From the NCBI GenBank assembly GCA_004022145.1, contig RCNU01000001.1: a DNA stretch of 64,000 bases. One strand, written 5' to 3'. Position 1 is the stretch's first letter, and every line of letters begins with the position of its first letter. The notes below the pieces were generated by a model that saw only the letters and a list, made by a program, of their open reading frames with translations, was not told the origin of the DNA and did no database searches. Origin of the DNA: Paecilomyces variotii. Lineage: Eukaryota. Positions 49,489-63,609 of this stretch are shown one piece after another. The position numbers were made by a program, and so were the translations under genes.

Positions 49489-52400
49489 TCTAAGAGCAAC
49501 TCCCACACCCCCCGATAACTGGCAAACGTCGCTGATAAGGGATCAAAGGGAGGCGAATATGTTGAACAAAACACCCGCCGCAGGGTTATATATCTCAGCA
49601 CAGACCGGGAGAGAAACGGGACCCCTGGGGGGAGGAATACTGCGGACTCATTCCTGTCCCATTTTGACAGAATTTCGCAGCTATGAGAAGTGGTAATGCC
49701 TGTCTGATAAGAGCGATCTGTCAAGAGTGCGCGTCGCCGCGTCCAAGGGCAATGCCCCCAGAGAAGGTCAGGAGCTGATCAGCAAGTTGACTAAATGGTT
49801 GCCAAGTCCTCCGTCGAGTTGTGGAAGTCTCAGGATTCAGGCAGCAATTGTGGCCTCATGTCGGGATCCCTGGCTCAGAAATGCATGACCCTTCAAAAGC
49901 GATTTGAGCGCCTCAAAGTATTCGACAGCTGACGAGCGTCCTAGCAGCAGAAACCCGGAGAGTTAACCCACGCGACAGCTTGCTCGTTCGCTCTCAGAAA
50001 TTTCGGCTCTCACCGCCGCCACGCACTAGGGCCCATATTTAAAGGCTTGTGAAGATGCGGTTATCTTCGATCGGCAAATAAAAGGGGTGGTTTGAACATG
50101 CCAGAGATAACAAACTTCGCTCTTCATCCCGTGTTGCCGCTTATTGGGCATGATAGATTGGTCCACAAAGCTTCGCCAGACGCTTGTCAGATCTCGGGCT
50201 GTGGCTGGATAAACCGGATCGGGCTTAGGATGCTGTCAAAGCTGTCGACATGGGGTTGTGGCCAGTGATCAAATATTCCTGTATGCACGGCGCCTCTAAC
50301 CTCAGTACCTATCATATTTCTTTTTTTTCTGTGCGAAGCGTTTAGCACCAAGCGAACTGAGCTTGGCACATATGTGCAACGACAACCCGTCGTGAGCGAC
50401 AGGCAAAAATTGTCGCTTTTGCGACATGGACAATGCCAGTCGTTTCAATTCGTCGATTTGTATTTTCCAGCCTCTCTGATACCTGATTCGAGAGTGTTGC
50501 GTGTAAGATCTCGAAGATCGCTTCGCGCAAACAAGGGAGCCGATCGTCGGATAGCTCGCACGGTGACCTAATGGTAGGAGAGGCCAAACCACAACAATAT
50601 TCCTTTTATCTCGCAAGGTGGTATTCTGTTGGAGTCAATGAAGTGGAATGATCCCAGAACCGGGTTCCAGAGACATTGAATAGAGGGCTTGATCAAGCTC
50701 TGCCTCTAGAAAGGCAGGTAGCTCCAAGATAGGTACTTCTGTGGAGATGATGTATCCTCTCACGAACATCGAGACCCTAGTTTTCCGGGTTAGTTAGCAT
50801 TTTTCTGCTATCGAAGTGCTCTGACTGTGGCAGTATAAGTAGTAGAAGCTCTTATCGATGCCATTGAGCAAAGTGTTCTACCGATTGCACATTTAATGTC
50901 CGCCTGCCTTAAGGCAACTGTGCTCTTCACCGGCACTTACAAAACGTCTACTCTAGTCCAAGAATACGAGCAATGTGCCCAAAAAGTCTGTCTAACGGCC
51001 GAACATCAAAGCCTCGTACTCGCAGTCGTCTTGCCTGCCATTCCTTGGCATTGACATTAATTGATTGCTCAAACGGCAGACTTTCCATATGAGGACTAAC
51101 CGCCATCGAGGAGGAGCTTTCGCAGCACCTAACCCAGAGAAATGGGGCCTCATTGCAGGAGTGAAGCGAAATAATATGCCAATTCTGCCCAAAAGTGGTA
51201 AGGGTACATGAGGACAGCTGGGTCAAGACTCGAAAGGCCCATCTAGGCTGTGGTAAATAATGAGGGTCAGTACACGAATTGACTTCCAATATGGGAAACA
51301 TCGTTTCTTTTTTAACGTTCCTGCATTCAAGAACCGTGCCATGTTATGCGTACGACTTAAAATGGTTCGACATCCTGTACCGGGCAAGATGTTTGTGGCC
51401 AGTCGTTCAATGCAGGGCCGTTAGTGAAGTATATGCTCGGTTTGCCACGAGATATGACGACCGATCCACAGTGGCAAGGGAAATAACAATCAGAGACATA
51501 GTGACCAGAAAGCCCCATCGCGCATTGATGCCCAATGATGATGAACTAACGAACCTTGAGATGGGAGGTTGGAGTTTCGGTTAAGTATCAGACCTGCGGG
51601 GAGGATACTTGAAAGAGTCAACGCTTATGCAGCCTCTAGAATCGGATTCTTGGAGCCGCCAGCGTTTGCCAGGACATAATCAGTTGCTCTCGGCATCAGA
51701 CGGCGATGGGTCCCGGCAAATAGAACCCATGCGAGTCATGGCCAAGTACCTAATAGTCAGTGTGTAGGTACCTGTAGGCAAGTACTGTACATGTTGTAGG
51801 GTCCCCCTTCAACGTCGATTATGCCAAGAAATGCGTGCATGTATGCTGCATGTTTTTTAAATATCTGGACAAAGTGCGTGATCAGAGTGCTCTTTTCCCC
51901 ACAAGAAGCAAGAGTGTCGTGAGACCTCCGTGAGACATGTTGAGTTGGCGTTCCCTTGATGTTCGAGCAAACTCTATGGGAAGAGAAATCGATCATGATG
52001 AGACATTGAAACCGTACGATAGTTACCGGTAGCCAGATTCGAAATAATTCTGCCGCCGGACGCGCAATCCGTATGCGACCAATGTTCTTTGCTGTCCATT
52101 GGTTTCTTTGACTGACATGGGACAGTCGAAAACGTAGGGAGAGGTTTTGATCAAAATAGAGAGCTGCAGAGATGAATTGACCAAAGACAGGTGAATGGTA
52201 GATGGGAATCCAGCAAGCACTTCAATGTCGAGAAGATAATAATGACCGGGGGAGTGCGCGCCTTGTTTGTATGAGGACGGTGAATGGACCTGACCGCTAG
52301 TTGCCTGAATCTCTCCCGACTTGGCAATGGCTGTGTGGGATCGACCACTATAACCGCTGCTACCCGAAGACATTCCTACATAGAGTATAGCCAGGGTTCA

Positions 52401-53860
52401 GCCATTTCTGTATGCTTCAAAGGGACGTAGATAGTACTGGTAGTCCATTGTCTCTGCTCCAGCAGGTACTATGGATCATGCAATAGATCGCGTTCTGCTT
52501 TGGGTGCCAAATGAGCTGACAACAACAGGGTTCCACTTGATCAGCCGTTGGACTTCCGTTCTGACTGCAGAGCACCACAAAAGTCAGTGCTCACGATCCA
52601 CTGGTTCTTGGTGAGCGTTGAACTATGTGTCCCTGCATTGCATTATTCTTGCAGTGTCCAGACTTGATAGTCGGCGGAGAAGAAATCCCCTGATCGGGCA
52701 TGAGCTAGGGCTAGGGCTTAGGGCCTGCTCTTCGCTCTTGGAACTCCCCGCATATCTCCGCCGATACGTCTAGGATCATGAAACGGTTAGTAGTCGGCTT
52801 CGATGGGGATGAGGGTCATGAGTACACATCAATACGAATCCCATTCTGCCAGGGTCTGTCCCTATCTACTCCCATTTCGTGGTCAGTTCGGGGAGGCTCT
52901 AAACCGGGGCGTCTCTAGCGGAAAGACTGTTATACAACGGTGCGGCTTCAAGGCAACAGTCTTTGAGTCAGAGGGCTCAGCTGCACACTGACGACCACTT
53001 CCGTGTCAGGCAATCTTGTTAATGTCTTGATGCTTTTTGGCCAGCGCGCACCTTCATGGATCAGAACAATGGCCCACAGATCGATGGGCGAGAACAATCA
53101 GTAGATGTGTGCTGCAATAAAACGGGGCCAACGTGGTGCTACAGTGCAGAAAATACAGTGCTTTTGTACTGTCTGTGGGTCTCCTGCCGATATCTGCAAT
53201 TGTCCCTAAATGGCTGTCTGCCACAGATTCGTCTGGAGTCATCAGCACAGGCTTATGTGGACGGCTCGTCGCCGATGGGATATCTCGGCGGAATGCGCGG
53301 CCACTGAGAACTTGGGTTTTATTTCCCTGATGCCTGCTTTGGCTGAGCCAGCCTCGTGGGGCGCGCTGCTGACGGGGCGTCCAACCTGAATAATGAATCG
53401 GGCGCTGCTAGCTCACAAGGCAGACACGCGCGTTTGGTTGTTCTAGTGTATAGCGTGCAGTCGAGACAAAACATCCCCGGATGGTGATATCGCCCGGTCT
53501 CGACGACGACGATCCAGGCTGCCGCACTATCTGGCTCTTTCTCCTGCAGGGAGCTCTTGACTACATATACTGAGAACAGCTGGACCGGTGGACCGGAAAA
53601 TAGTCGATTTTCCTGCTTCACGATTCCATCTCTCTTGTTACTTTCCAGTCATCAACTCGTGTAGCTTACCTATATCTCAGTGCTGAATATCACCTTTCCA
53701 TTTCCTGCCTCATTGCCTTCAGAGATCTACTGGCTTAGATCTGTCACACTCCGATATAGATCGTCTTACATCCCGGAAAGAGCTTCCAGATCCCATCTCT
53801 TGGGCGTCGGCTCTGCCTTGTTTCTCAGAGGGGAGAACCCCCCTGTGACTCCTAGCAACC

Positions 53861-55954
53861 ATGAATCCTCACAGGGTCTCTCATGTGTCCCCAAGCCAGT
53901 TCCTCCCTCATGGACGCAATGCACCTCCTATTGTATACCGCAACCCACCACCCCCACAGCCAGTGGGTTATCAGCCAGCGCCTGTTCTGTCTCCCGGATA
54001 TAGTCCCGCTCAAGAGAGTCTCCGGACGCAGATGGCCAAGCTCAATATAATGAACAACATCAGTTCTACGAACATGAGCTCCACGAAAACAGAAAAGCCT
54101 GCTGAACATGGACAGCCTTCGAAGACATCGCCCTCGCAGGGCAGTGACCCTAATATGCCTTTCTATGAGGGTTGGACCCTATATCGGGCCGATCCCCAGT
54201 CGGAAGATCAAAAGCCTAGCTGGAGGCAGGCTACCAGATCAAAGATGAGTCTTTCGCAGACGGATCTCTCTGACATGGTCCAAAAGCGGAAGAAGAAGAT
54301 TCCCTTGGCGGAACAATATCAAGACCTGGGTAAATTTAAACGAGCCCACGTGGATCTTTTGATAAAAGACCGCGAGACAAAGGACGACGCCCGTTTCAGC
54401 TGGACCTGCGTTTATGTGGATGTCGTCAACAGGCCAGCAAAGGGGAAGGGTGCCCGGCGTGGTGACTACGAAACCATCTCCATGGACGTTATCATTGTGC
54501 GCAGACTACGGCCTGGTACTCCGAACCGGTCTGTCGAGAGGTCTCCGTCCAGACCTGCCCCCGGCGAAGTGATCTATCTGCAGTCTCCCCTCCCCTCTCC
54601 TCTCCCGATTCAGGACAGATTGCCGGATCAGCATACCCTGGAGTCAACCACGCAGGCCGTGTTTGGAAATGGACAGCAACACGCACCCAGCTTCGCCAAT
54701 GCCGGTCCTTCAGGTGGGCCTCATCAGCCTGCCACGAACCCGGCATATATGATGGGCAGTCAGACTCCAATCAGCTCTCCAGGTGCACCTGTATCAATGC
54801 TGCCCACACTCCAAGCAGTCAACCATCCTGCTACTCCGCGCATGAATATGGGCGTACCTGGCCCGGGACCTCATCCGCAATTTGGTAACCATAACGGAGC
54901 ACAGCTACCCCATTTTGGAGTGCAGCCACCTCATCCAGGAGGACCACAATTCCATCCAGGAGCGCAGCCGCCTCATATGCAACTACCACATCCCGGAGAT
55001 GCGCCTTCATTCCGCGAGCCTCAAGGCAATAATCATTCTTCCCCGCAGGGCTATTTTGATTATGTGCCCCCTCAGAACCCAGCCGCACATCCTCGTACCC
55101 CGGTGTCTCCCTCTCCCTTTCCAGATGTTATCAAGAGACAGCCACGGGGCCGATCAAGCGTCTCGGGGCCTAAAGTGCGCAACGCAGTATCCAAGTCATC
55201 CAAGTCCCGCGCTCCACGGGTTGAACTTGACTGGCCTCCAGAGGATAGCAGCGTTGGGGACGATGAGTCTGTTCTCTTTGAACTAGACTACGACAGCTCA
55301 GCGACTGAAGATTCTTCCGACGGGTTCGAGAAGATCTCAATGCCACGCGGTAGCACCCGCCACGGACAGCGTTCTCCCAGACACGAGCGATATCAGAAGG
55401 TCTACCACTCTCATTCGGACCGCTCTCATTCCGCAAAAAGACCTTCTAAGACCGCACATCGAGACGACCAGAGACGGAAAGGTTACAGGGAGGATGCCGT
55501 TGAAATTATTCCAGAGAACAGTCTGCGTGCGCGTCGACGGTCAAGGTCAAGGAGCCGTGCAAGCGCCGGAACCGTCGCTCTTTCTCGCCCCAGGGTTACA
55601 TACAGTGACCGGGAGAGTCTCCGCGACTCTGTGCTGCTATCGACCGCTCCTCTTTCATCCATCAAAGCTGAGTTGGCGTACCTTGAGATGCTTCGGGACC
55701 AGGAGCGACGGCTCCGTGATATGGAACATGTCAGCAGCCGAAGACTCCAGGAGCGAGAGGACCTACTTCGGATGCGCGAGCAGGATCTCGAGTATCGTGA
55801 GAAGGAAGCTGATGACAGGGAGCGGTTTTCCAGTGGCCGTTTCACGCCCCGCCAGCCTTCACCTCGAGGCCATCCTCGCTACCACCAGCCTTCTGGCTAC
55901 CAGCACCCACATCCTCATCCTCATCCTCATCCTCACCCTCACCACCTATACTAA
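53861..55954 (+). CDS. Hypothetical Pro/Gln/Arg-rich protein with a C-terminal (HP)n tract
   Basis: 697-aa ORF with a small ordered block (FYEGWTLYR...W.CVYV...ISMDVIIVR) in low-complexity sequence. Confidence 0.75.
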   Translation: MNPHRVSHVSPSQFLPHGRNAPPIVYRNPPPPQPVGYQPAPVLSPGYSPAQESLRTQMAKLNIMNNISSTNMSSTKTEKPAEHGQPSKTSPSQGSDPNMPFYEGWTLYRADPQSEDQKPSWRQATRSKMSLSQTDLSDMVQKRKKKIPLAEQYQDLGKFKRAHVDLLIKDRETKDDARFSWTCVYVDVVNRPAKGKGARRGDYETISMDVIIVRRLRPGTPNRSVERSPSRPAPGEVIYLQSPLPSPLPIQDRLPDQHTLESTTQAVFGNGQQHAPSFANAGPSGGPHQPATNPAYMMGSQTPISSPGAPVSMLPTLQAVNHPATPRMNMGVPGPGPHPQFGNHNGAQLPHFGVQPPHPGGPQFHPGAQPPHMQLPHPGDAPSFREPQGNNHSSPQGYFDYVPPQNPAAHPRTPVSPSPFPDVIKRQPRGRSSVSGPKVRNAVSKSSKSRAPRVELDWPPEDSSVGDDESVLFELDYDSSATEDSSDGFEKISMPRGSTRHGQRSPRHERYQKVYHSHSDRSHSAKRPSKTAHRDDQRRKGYREDAVEIIPENSLRARRRSRSRSRASAGTVALSRPRVTYSDRESLRDSVLLSTAPLSSIKAELAYLEMLRDQERRLRDMEHVSSRRLQEREDLLRMREQDLEYREKEADDRERFSSGRFTPRQPSPRGHPRYHQPSGYQHPHPHPHPHPHPHHLY

Positions 55955-56803
55955 TAATGACTAATGTGTTGTTTTCCTTTGTCTGTCATAATTTGATTGA
56001 TTTTCTGCAGATCTGGATTTGGGATACCCTGGGTTTTATGTGGGTTTATTGGGACTTTGGGAAGCGTATCGGTCAAAACGGTCAACCCTCTTCAGATCTC
56101 GAGCAGCCTCGTGATTATGTATCAGACGGGCTGTTGTATTCTTTTGTAATATGCTCATCCACTATGCTAATTTGATGATGATTCCATTCTCGTGCTTGAT
56201 CTCTGATATCGCTGGGTGGTTCTTGTAGTAACATCGCTTGCATCCTTTGCCTGATGAGGACATTATTATTGCATCTGAAGCATCTGGGTATGGTAGAGCA
56301 AATGAAACTCCACTATGGAGCCACAGGAATGACAGGATACGACAGGCGTCCAGGACCAAGAACGGTTCCACTGCCAGCTGGGGCTCCGTGAGTGGCCATC
56401 GCGACAGCTCTGGGAGAAAGGGACGGTTAGACGAAGCGAATGAAATAATAATAATAACTGATCGGGATGTGGGATGAGACAGTGAGGCCAAAGGACCTCG
56501 GTGACATCACGGCATCTCCGTCGAACCGACCAAGAGAGAGGCTGATGATCTGCTCCTCGATCGAATAATAATATTAGGATTAAGCGGTTTTGAGGTCTCC
56601 CGGTCAAGAAAAGCCCCTCCGTCCGGTTTTCGCCGCCCCCAGCTATTTTTCTGCCGAAACGGACCACATCATCATCATCACCATCATCTATCGTCAATCT
56701 CTCAATCCTCATTCTTTCACAGAAACAGCTGCACAGCTTTGTCCCCAATTGACCTTTCTTCCTTGACATCTTGACTATCCTAACATTTCACACAACCGTC
56801 AAA

Positions 56804-57919
<1,116 letters not shown>

Positions 57920-58356
57920 ATGATTGAAAGATACCCACCGCCTTTTCCGAGTAGTGGAAAACGGAGAGATGCGGGGATGAATGTCGACATACCTCTTCGC
58001 AGTTACCATGGCAATAATGTGATAATGGCGTATGTATAGACGAGAAATTGAAAAATAAATTCCGTTGAAATATCCAACTGTCTATGAAATATTGGATATC
58101 AATTTATCGATCATGATTAAGCTTTCATAAACTTATTATCCGCTAAGTATACAACCCGCACTAAATAACAAGGGACCAATGATCATAACCACGTTTATAA
58201 ACATTCGTAATCTAGTTTATTTGCCGTAACTAAATGACAATGTATCTCAATGTCTGTATGCTAAGAAAGCGAGAGATAATAAGAATAATGAAAAGAGGAA
58301 TTCAGACTGTGATGTGACGGCCTTCCACCTTCGGTTACGTAGTATCTAGTCCTGCC

Positions 58357-59854
58357 TCACGAAGCATACAAGACCGACACCCCAACACCCCGCCAATACG
58401 ACATACCCGGTGCACCACCGCCTGCGCTCTGCCCACTAGCCGAACCACCAGCATACGATGGCGACGGCGGAGTAGACGGGGAGATGGAAAACGAACCAGG
58501 ACCAAGCCCGACTCCAGCACTGACGAGGAGGTCCTTCACGCGGCCTTCCCATAGAATGCGCACGTTCCAGGACTGATCGACGCGGATCTTGACCACGGAT
58601 TCTGTCTCTTCTTCTTGACTATGAGGAGGACTTTGGTCGTCTGGCATTACTGTTGCACCGGAGAGTGTGGGCGACATGACGGCCACAGGGGGCCCTGGGG
58701 GGGATTTGCTGGAGGACGGGTGATTCCCATCTTGCGACGAGCCCATTCGAGACCATCGTCTTCAGGTGGAGGAGGGACCCGGCGCGTTCGTCGCCACAGT
58801 TCACAGCCAGCTACCATTTCGCTTTCCCAGCTGTAGACGTTGAAGCCGAAACGAGAGCTGAAGGCCAGGTTGGGAGAGGCGCGAAGCGAATAGGTGGTGG
58901 ACAGAGAGCCCGTCAGCGGCGTTAGGGTCAAAGTCAGTGTGTAAGGAAAAGTCGAGATCGGGGATGATGACGATCCTGTGCCGTCGGTTGCTGCAGGGAG
59001 AGTGCTGAATCTCAGACCGGTGGACATGCCCACCAAGGACGATACGGGAGAGTAATAAGCCTCTCCACCGGCAGAGAGAAGCGATAGGGGGGTCGGCGAC
59101 GACCCATGCTTCTTCTTCTCTCGCGGGTCGGGGCCGAAGTTCCATAGCCCCCTCCAACCGAATAGAGTATTGTCGGTGCTGAAGAGGTATTCATTGCTGT
59201 ATTTTCCGGTGTCGTGAGACAGTTGTGCGAGGACAGATGCCTGCGGCGCAGATTTCGACATCGGAGGTCCACGGGTCGAACATAGCGCGAGAGACAGCTG
59301 CGTCGTGGGAGACAGCCGGCGGAGGAACAGCGCATTGAGCGTCGACGGAGGTGGTAGGTGTAGCGTCGCATGGAGCAGAGTCGCCTTTTTCTGGGCCTCC
59401 TCTTCCTTGCTCACTGGTATACTTCCCTCCAGCAAAGCATCCCAACCCCAGTCACGGACCGGCGCAACTGGTGACTGAACCTGACGGTAGCCCGGAACAA
59501 GTTTCCGCAGGGGAATCAGAGCGCTTTTGCTGGGTGTGCCATTGAGAGGGAGAGTGCTGAAAAGATATGACACGGAACCGTCTATCAACCCAACAGTGCC
59601 TAGTGTATATGTCGTTGCGAATTGAGGCGTGGACAGCGATGAGAGATGTACGCGCAAACGCTCAGGGGTGGAGAAGTCTAGCAGAGCTGTAAATGGAGTA
59701 TGCGTCAGAATTAGACATGCAGTAAGAGGAAATATATAGATACAAGGCACGACATACACTGTGCAGTAGCCGTCAGCGAAGAATAGGAATTATCGCGATT
59801 CCAGTTGGTCGCATCGGCGAAAGCGACTTGGATATAGTCCATGAAATCAAGCAT
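58357..59854 (-). CDS. MDM10: ERMES/SAM beta-barrel subunit Mdm10 (apparent frameshift near 58700)
   Basis: [50 protein letters not shown] and [14 protein letters not shown]. The C-terminal [26 protein letters not shown] is in another frame. Confidence 0.9.
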
Positions 59855-60264
59855 TGTCACCAGGACGTCGGGGACGGCGGAGATATAACATACGACATGC
59901 TCTTGGAAGATAGAATAATGAAACCACTTAAGCAGACGAGGGTTCTTCGCGATACATCCACTCCATCGTTGACCTGATGATTGATACTTTGACGTCTCTC
60001 CTCTCCGCAAGCTGATTCCCAACTTCGGTTTAGCGCAGTCGGATAAGGCACCGCATCAACATTCCTCCATCCCCGCCCGCCGTTATCAAAGAGAAAAAAA
60101 TCACCAAAATTCCATATCGGGCTCAGGCGCACGGTGGATTCCATCGATCTTTCTATCCCGCCATCCGTTTCATTATTTTCCTTTCCTTTTCTTCCATTTT
60201 CTTTTCCCCATATTACTTGAACACGGTATATACTTCGGGAGAGTAATACACAAGATCAAACACA

Positions 60265-61155
60265 ATGCCTCTCTCCAAGCGCGCAAAGATCGTCCACGAG
60301 ACCAAGACTGCGAAGAAGTCGCACAAGGAACAGACTCGACGACTGTACGCCAACGTCCAAGAATGCGTCGAGAAATATGATCACCTCTTCGTCTTCTCCG
60401 TCGACAACATGCGCAATACCTACCTGAAGGATGTGCGAACGGAATTTTCTGATAGCCGGTTTGTCCTCCCATTGAATTTCCCCAATCGAATAACAATAAA
60501 ATCCGATCATCGCTGTTCCTTGACCTTTTTACCTTTCTTCTTTCACTCTACGGTGGTTGGAATTCTCTATAAGAATGATATGAAGCTAATACGCAACCTC
60601 TCCAGTCTTTTCTTCGGCAAGACCAAAGTCATGGCCGTCGCACTCGGCAACTCTCCCGAAACCGAATGCGCTACGAACCTGCATCTTCTGAACCCATACT
60701 TCACCGGCGCCGTCGGTCTGCTATTCACTTCCCGCGACCCTGAATCCGTCATTGCGCACTTCGACTCGTTCCGACCCCTCGATTACGCCCGTGCGGGTAC
60801 TGTCAGCACGAGATCCTTCACGATCCCCAATGGCCCCGTGTACTCGCGTGCTGGTGAGATTCCCGAATCGCAAGATGAGCCCCTCAGTCACACGGTGGAG
60901 CCTACGTTGCGGAAATTGGGCGTTCCAACGCGGTTGGTGAAGGGCCGTGTTGTCTTGGAGATGACCGATGGAAATGGCTATCAGGTCTGCAAGGAGGGAG
61001 AGGTCCTCGACTCGAGACAGACGACTTTGTTGAAAATGTTTGGTGTTGCGACTGCTGAGTTCCGTGTCGGAATGAAGGCCTACTGGAGCCGGAAAACTGG
61101 CGAGGTCAAGGTTCTCGAAAAGAAGGAGGGTGAAATGGATGTCGATGGACAGTAA
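60265..61155 (+). CDS. MRT4: Ribosome assembly factor Mrt4
   Basis: FSVDNMRNTYLKDVR..FSDSR|LFFGKTKVM, GAVGLLFT, DYARAG and EPTLRKLGVPT. Intron 60459-60605. Confidence 0.95.
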   Translation: MPLSKRAKIVHETKTAKKSHKEQTRRLYANVQECVEKYDHLFVFSVDNMRNTYLKDVRTEFSDSRFVLPLNFPNRITIKSDHRCSLTFLPFFFHSTVVGILYKNDMKLIRNLSSLFFGKTKVMAVALGNSPETECATNLHLLNPYFTGAVGLLFTSRDPESVIAHFDSFRPLDYARAGTVSTRSFTIPNGPVYSRAGEIPESQDEPLSHTVEPTLRKLGVPTRLVKGRVVLEMTDGNGYQVCKEGEVLDSRQTTLLKMFGVATAEFRVGMKAYWSRKTGEVKVLEKKEGEMDVDGQ

Positions 61156-61923
61156 AATCGACGGGCTTGCTGGTCGAGGCTGGTAAATATTGATTTTCTT
61201 CCTTTTTTTCCGTCTTCTGCAGCATATCTCTGGGAGTAAGGGACTGGCGTTTTCTTTGGTTTTATACTAGATGAGACATAAAAAGTATATGTTCTCCAGA
61301 CTCAAAAGAAATGGATACCGCTACTTCTACGTTTGCAGATCAAATATCCTACGCAAATATCTTCAAATTACCTGGCAATAATGAAATTCCCATGAACACA
61401 TATACGACGATAGAAGCTGCAATTACCATCGTCGCAAAAGATCTTTTGCACAGATTACCTGTGCATGGCTCGTGCCTAACAGCCTTACCTGATCTTACCC
61501 GCGAACTGAAGGCCCTTTGCTCACAAATCTCATCGACCTAGAATACATTCATACTTACCCCAGCAACAGAAAGAAAATAGGGGCGGCAGTAGAAGAACAA
61601 ATACAACAATGAGAAACTGGCAGATAGTCGAGTTATGAGCCGGGAAAGTGGATATGGACCTGGACAGCCGTAAATCTCGGGATAAAGGACATCAGAGAAT
61701 CAAGGTAAAAAGTCGCGTAGGCGATAAAAATGCTTCTTCCTGGTTCGGGGAAGGGTAGTCCAGAAAGTTTCTCGGCTGTTGTGAGTAATAGGACGCCGCG
61801 TTCATACTCCCGCTGGAAAGTTGCTGGCGCTGCCTTACCCTTGGCGAGCGAAGGGTCAAGACGAGCTCTCGTGATAATGATATACCCACCCACAAACCAG
61901 ACTGAAGTGACATTTGGTGTCTT

Positions 61924-63292
61924 TCAGTACCTGCGTTTCGAACGAGGGTCATCGTAGCCATCGTCATCGTGGTGTCTCTTCCGGGAATAGTCGTCTCGGC
62001 CGCCGTACCTGTCGCGGTCGCGGTCTCTGTCCCGACGATCGCCGTCACGATCCATATATCTGTCTCGGTCTCGGTCTCGATCCCTATCCCTATCGCGATC
62101 ACGTCTTTCGCGATCCATTAGGCTATGTCCCTCTCGCGGCCTTACCGGTTCCCGGTTGCTACCAGTTGCGCCCCGGGGCTCACGGTCAAATCTACCCCCT
62201 GCAAAGCCACCGCGTCCACCTCCAGGACCTGACGGTGCGTTCGGCGGAGGCTGTCCTCCAAAGCCATTACGGCCACCTTGGTATCCGATGCCACCCCTGG
62301 GAGGGCCATATCCACGATCGCTGCGATAACCTCCACGAAAGCCCCTACCGCCATATCCGCCACGGAAACCACCTCCATAGCCTCCAGGTCCTGAGGGAGC
62401 ATTGAATGTGCCAGGTCCCAGTGGGCGAGCTGGCAGTGCCTTCGTGTAACCACGGCCACCAAGTCCACCCCCAAAGCGCCTGGGCTTCCAGCCTTTCACC
62501 GTACGGCCGCGTTCAACATCCACCAAAACTCGTCTGTCCTTGATACGAATACCGTCGGTTTCCTTGTAGGCAGCTGTAATGAAATAAGTAGGGTAGTGTC
62601 AGTGGACTCAATCCATTACCTTGACCATTGTTTTTCGGGGGGAGGGGATTAGGGTCAAATAGAGGGTTCCAGGCGGGGGAAATACCCTTCATATCCTTCT
62701 CACGCTCGTACACGATAAATGCATATCCTCGGTGAGGCTTCTTCGGGTTCGGGTTCTGGTCCCTGACGATACGGATCTGAAGATTGTTAGTGTCCTCCAG
62801 ATCAAATAATTCATCATACACTCTGATATCTTACCCTCTCAATGGGACCATAGCGACCGAATTCTCGCTCCAGATCGGATTCCGTCACGTCGTAACTGAG
62901 ACGTGCAACAAAGAGAGTCTTGAACGCGTCTCCGCGAACCTGCGGGTCCTTGGTAGGGTCATCTGAAAGCAGTAAGTCAGCATGAATTTGTCAAGAAGAT
63001 GGTATCGATTCGAAAAGACAGAGTACGTACAATTCTTGACTTCCTCTGTCAAGTAATGCTCCAGCTTCTCTTTCTTTTCCGCCTTCAAGCGTGCCTTGCG
63101 CTGGAGCCAACTTTCCGTAGGATGATAAGGAACCTCCTCATCATATTTCTTCAAATCATCGAGAAATTGCGCCACACCAGAAATAGTACTTTTCTTAATG
63201 TCATCTGGAGCGCGATCCGAGGGAGGGATATAACGGAGAGGTGGGCGCGGCGCGAAGAGCGCGAGGAGGTTGGGAGGGAGCTTGTCCGTCAT
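61924..63292 (-). CDS. SNP1: U1 snRNP 70-kDa protein
   Basis: [67 protein letters not shown] and an RD-repeat tail. Three introns. Confidence 0.95.
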
Positions 63293-63609
63293 TGTACGCG
63301 CTCACTTGATGACGGTGAGGATGGAAATGAACAGAGGGGATAAACTAGAAAGACATGAGGTGTGGGTTCACTGAACGGCGCCGTCGAGGTTCCTAGTTTG
63401 ACCGTGGTTCACTGCAAGCAGGCTGACAAGGGGACGCCCAGAGTTTCTCGTTCCTCCAGCTTTTCGCGTCTGTCAGCCGCGTTAGGCGCAGTTGGCGCCA
63501 GCCAATCATAACACGCATCGACTCCCAAAAGTTCCCGACATTCGCAAAAGGCTCGGACAAGTGAACAGCAGCTTGATTGTCGGCGACAACCAGAAAGCAA
63601 CAAGCCGCA

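Noticed and set aside
52705-52724. Telomere-like CTAGGGCTAGGGCTTAGGG
   Set aside because: Three imperfect units only, too short to call an interstitial telomere.
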